Shown here: piece by piece, positions 61,550-64,000 of the stretch
How positions within the stretch are numbered: position 1 is the stretch's first letter
How the letters are laid out: each line of letters begins with the position of its first letter
Assembly: GCF_018977255.1 (NCBI RefSeq)
Contig: NW_024704743.1
Coordinates: 44,394,001 to 44,458,000 of the forward strand
Direction of reading: 5' to 3'
Source: Callorhinchus milii
Taxonomy: Eukaryota
Length of the DNA: 64,000 nucleotides
The notes under the pieces: generated by a model
What the model was told of the DNA's origin: nothing
Databases searched by the model: none
The model's input: the letters and a program-made list of their open reading frames with translations, nothing else
Position numbers and translations under genes: made by a program

Positions 61550-63723
61550 ATCTTAATGTACCTCCCATGACATGTGGAGTGCTTTCACATGGTACTAGGT
61601 GACTGTAAATTTGGTATCTTCAAGATCAGTAAGATTTGTCAGATGGGGTAAGTAGAACTGGAACCGAGAGCTTACAGTGATTCATTTGTTTTGGCTCTGT
61701 TGTGAATGTCTTCTGTGCCATAATATTTGCTGCACAATTGTGGTTAGGCTGATGAATTGATGATGTGCCTTTATGGGCTGTTTGTATCTGACTCAATTCT
61801 TGCGGGTTGAAGCCAACAGTGTTAGTCTTGGGTTTGTTACTACTGCTGATAATAGCAGTCAAACTTTATTTCTCCCTTCTTGCAATTTTTCCCCCTTGGA
61901 AACTGTAATTAAATTGCAGAGATGTAGGGAACATTTATAAAGCTGGAATATATTACGTTTGAAGCTTGAACCAGGATGTGTCGTAAGGAAACTTTAGAAA
62001 ACGATATGCAAGTAATTATACTTTTTATTTTAATATAAACAGAATTGAAATCATTTGCAATCTTGCTGTACATTTGATTGAGACTTTTAGTCTTGTCATT
62101 TCGTCATGCTGTCTGTCCTCAATTACAGTCCACTGTACTGTGCTTAATTGACAGCTGAGTTTTCAGCTGTTTTAGCTTCTTCTCGTATTACTGTCAGTTT
62201 TCCAGAGTTCTCCCTGTTCCCTCTTGTCCTGAGGATAATGACTGCTGGGTTACAATTCCAGGGTACTTGCAGGTTTCTAGTACTTTGCCCATGTTATCTT
62301 AGATAGTAAAATCCTGAGAGTCAGAGCCAAACCCAATACTGTTCTTGCCTAATGTACTATCTATCCAATGTGTTACTTGATAGCAATGTCAGGAGCAGCC
62401 ATAGCTGATTGATTTATTTGATATATTTAATCCTTCTGAGCCTGAGAACACTGAGGTCAATTGTAGTCCTCCCATGTCCAAGATCATGTAACCTGTCATA
62501 GACCAAAGATTAATCTGGGAATCTAGTCTGTATGGCTTTAAAGTCATTGTGGGAGCAATATGAAAATATTTCATAACCAGAACAGGTTAGAAAATATGTA
62601 AATTTTAAGCCTTTGTATAAAAGAGCATGGTTATATGAAATCTTTTTTGAAGCATTCAAAAGAATGTTTCCTGTAGTGGTGATTATGAGCATCAGTCCTG
62701 ACATTAAGACGCTTCTGAAAATGGTATTGTACTGCTGCCTTTGTAAAATTCCATCATTAGTGGAGGATTTCCAGCCAAGGCCACTTCGAAGTGGTGATCT
62801 TGCAGCAATAAAGAGGTTTGCTGACTGCACTGTAACTTGCTACTCGGCAACTGCAAACCTCTTTGTATTGCATTAGTGCAAGTTACAAAAGTGCACTCTC
62901 TATATTTAGATATATTGGTAGATTGTGAACCGAGCCACCCGGTAATGTGTCTGTTCAGACTGTGGCCGCAGCACATTGTTCAGGGGTGATGAATGGGCAC
63001 CTGTATGTAACTTTGCTTCTATCTAAGAATTTATAGGTTATTCCTCCCCACCCCACCCACACACGTACACACACACTCATATAAAAAGAACACTGGCATG
63101 AGCATCCAATATAACCAGCCCCATCTTGAATGCTGCACTTGCCTTATGTAATACTGGCATCGTAAATATTGTGACGAGCACCAATCATTAGCAGTGATTC
63201 ATGCAGTGCGTACAGAATAAACTCTGACCAGGAGTGGGTCCAAGGAAGTAGTGGAATTGGCTTTTTGTTGCAGATTCCCACTGCTGCAAGACCAAAGCAG
63301 GTTAATGAAAAGCCCAAAGATTGCCAGACCTCTGACGGTTTACGTCATGTATACAATCTACTGTTTTTGTTCTGTGCTCATGGTTTGCAGTTCAATGTTT
63401 TGTATTTCCTGTTGTGAGTGAATACTGTCGAACAGATAATTGGGTGTAACAGTGCCGTGACTTGGGTAAATTAGGTGGAGATTAGGGGTTTAAGACAGGG
63501 TGGTTAAATGAGGTGATGGATTTTGATAGGAATTGAAACTGTGTAATGCAGTCCTCCCTTGTACTGGCAAGCACTGTTCTGTTGCATTTTTGTGATAAAC
63601 ACATTTCTGCCTCCCTTCTGTCACACTTCTGCTACCAATTGCAGCATGTTACTACAAAATATTCTAGTGTTGGCCTCAGTTATGGTAATAGAATTTATGG
63701 CTGAATCAGTGAAGTAATGAAAT

Positions 63724-64000
63724 AGTCCTACAGCTTAGTGGTTAGAGCACTCGTCTCGCAAGCGAGAGGACCTGGGTTTGATTCCCGGCAGGGCGAAATG
63801 TTGGGCAAGCTTCCTTACTCCACACGCCTCTGTTTACCTAGCGGTAAGTAGCAACCCGGTTGTTAGTCGATTGGTGGATCACATTTCTAGGGGTAATAAT
63901 TCCTTCAAAATAAATAAAAATAATTTGGTCATTCAACCCACGACTGTGGGACACTGCTAAATGCATTTGGTTGCTACATTTCACCCACAAAATATAGTAA
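63724..64000 (+). mobile_element. SINE family B, long form, cut by the window end
   Basis: tRNA-like head followed by the same internal segments as the other long copies. Confidence 0.85.

Noticed and set aside
49772..64000. Further UBE2E1 exons (AGPKGDNIYEW...)
   Set aside because: Not found by eye or in the ORF track; they probably lie beyond the window.

Overview
This is AT-rich vertebrate DNA. The repeat content (SacSINE1-like DeuSINEs, L2, CR1) suggests a cartilaginous fish, probably a chimaera (inference). About 47 kb of gene-free, retroposon-dense sequence is followed by a CpG-rich 5' region and the first two coding exons of the ubiquitin-conjugating enzyme gene UBE2E1 (+ strand, 48152-48540 and 49721-49771). 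The rest of the window appears to be the following long intron. The most notable feature is the UBE2E1 N-terminal extension: about 130 aa versus about 51 aa recalled for human, filled with S22, A4, H7, Q4, N5, G4 and G6 runs between conserved ends. Other observations are nested retroposons that give a relative insertion order, a modular tRNA-Ala-headed SINE sharing its 3' end with a DeuSINE and with L2, an LF-SINE-like relic upstream of the promoter, an unclassified dispersed repeat, and two MITE-like inverted-repeat elements. I found no CRISPR, rRNA, genuine tRNA or intact transposon ORF. Repeat boundaries are approximate, and all family names and human comparisons come from memory, not from database searches.
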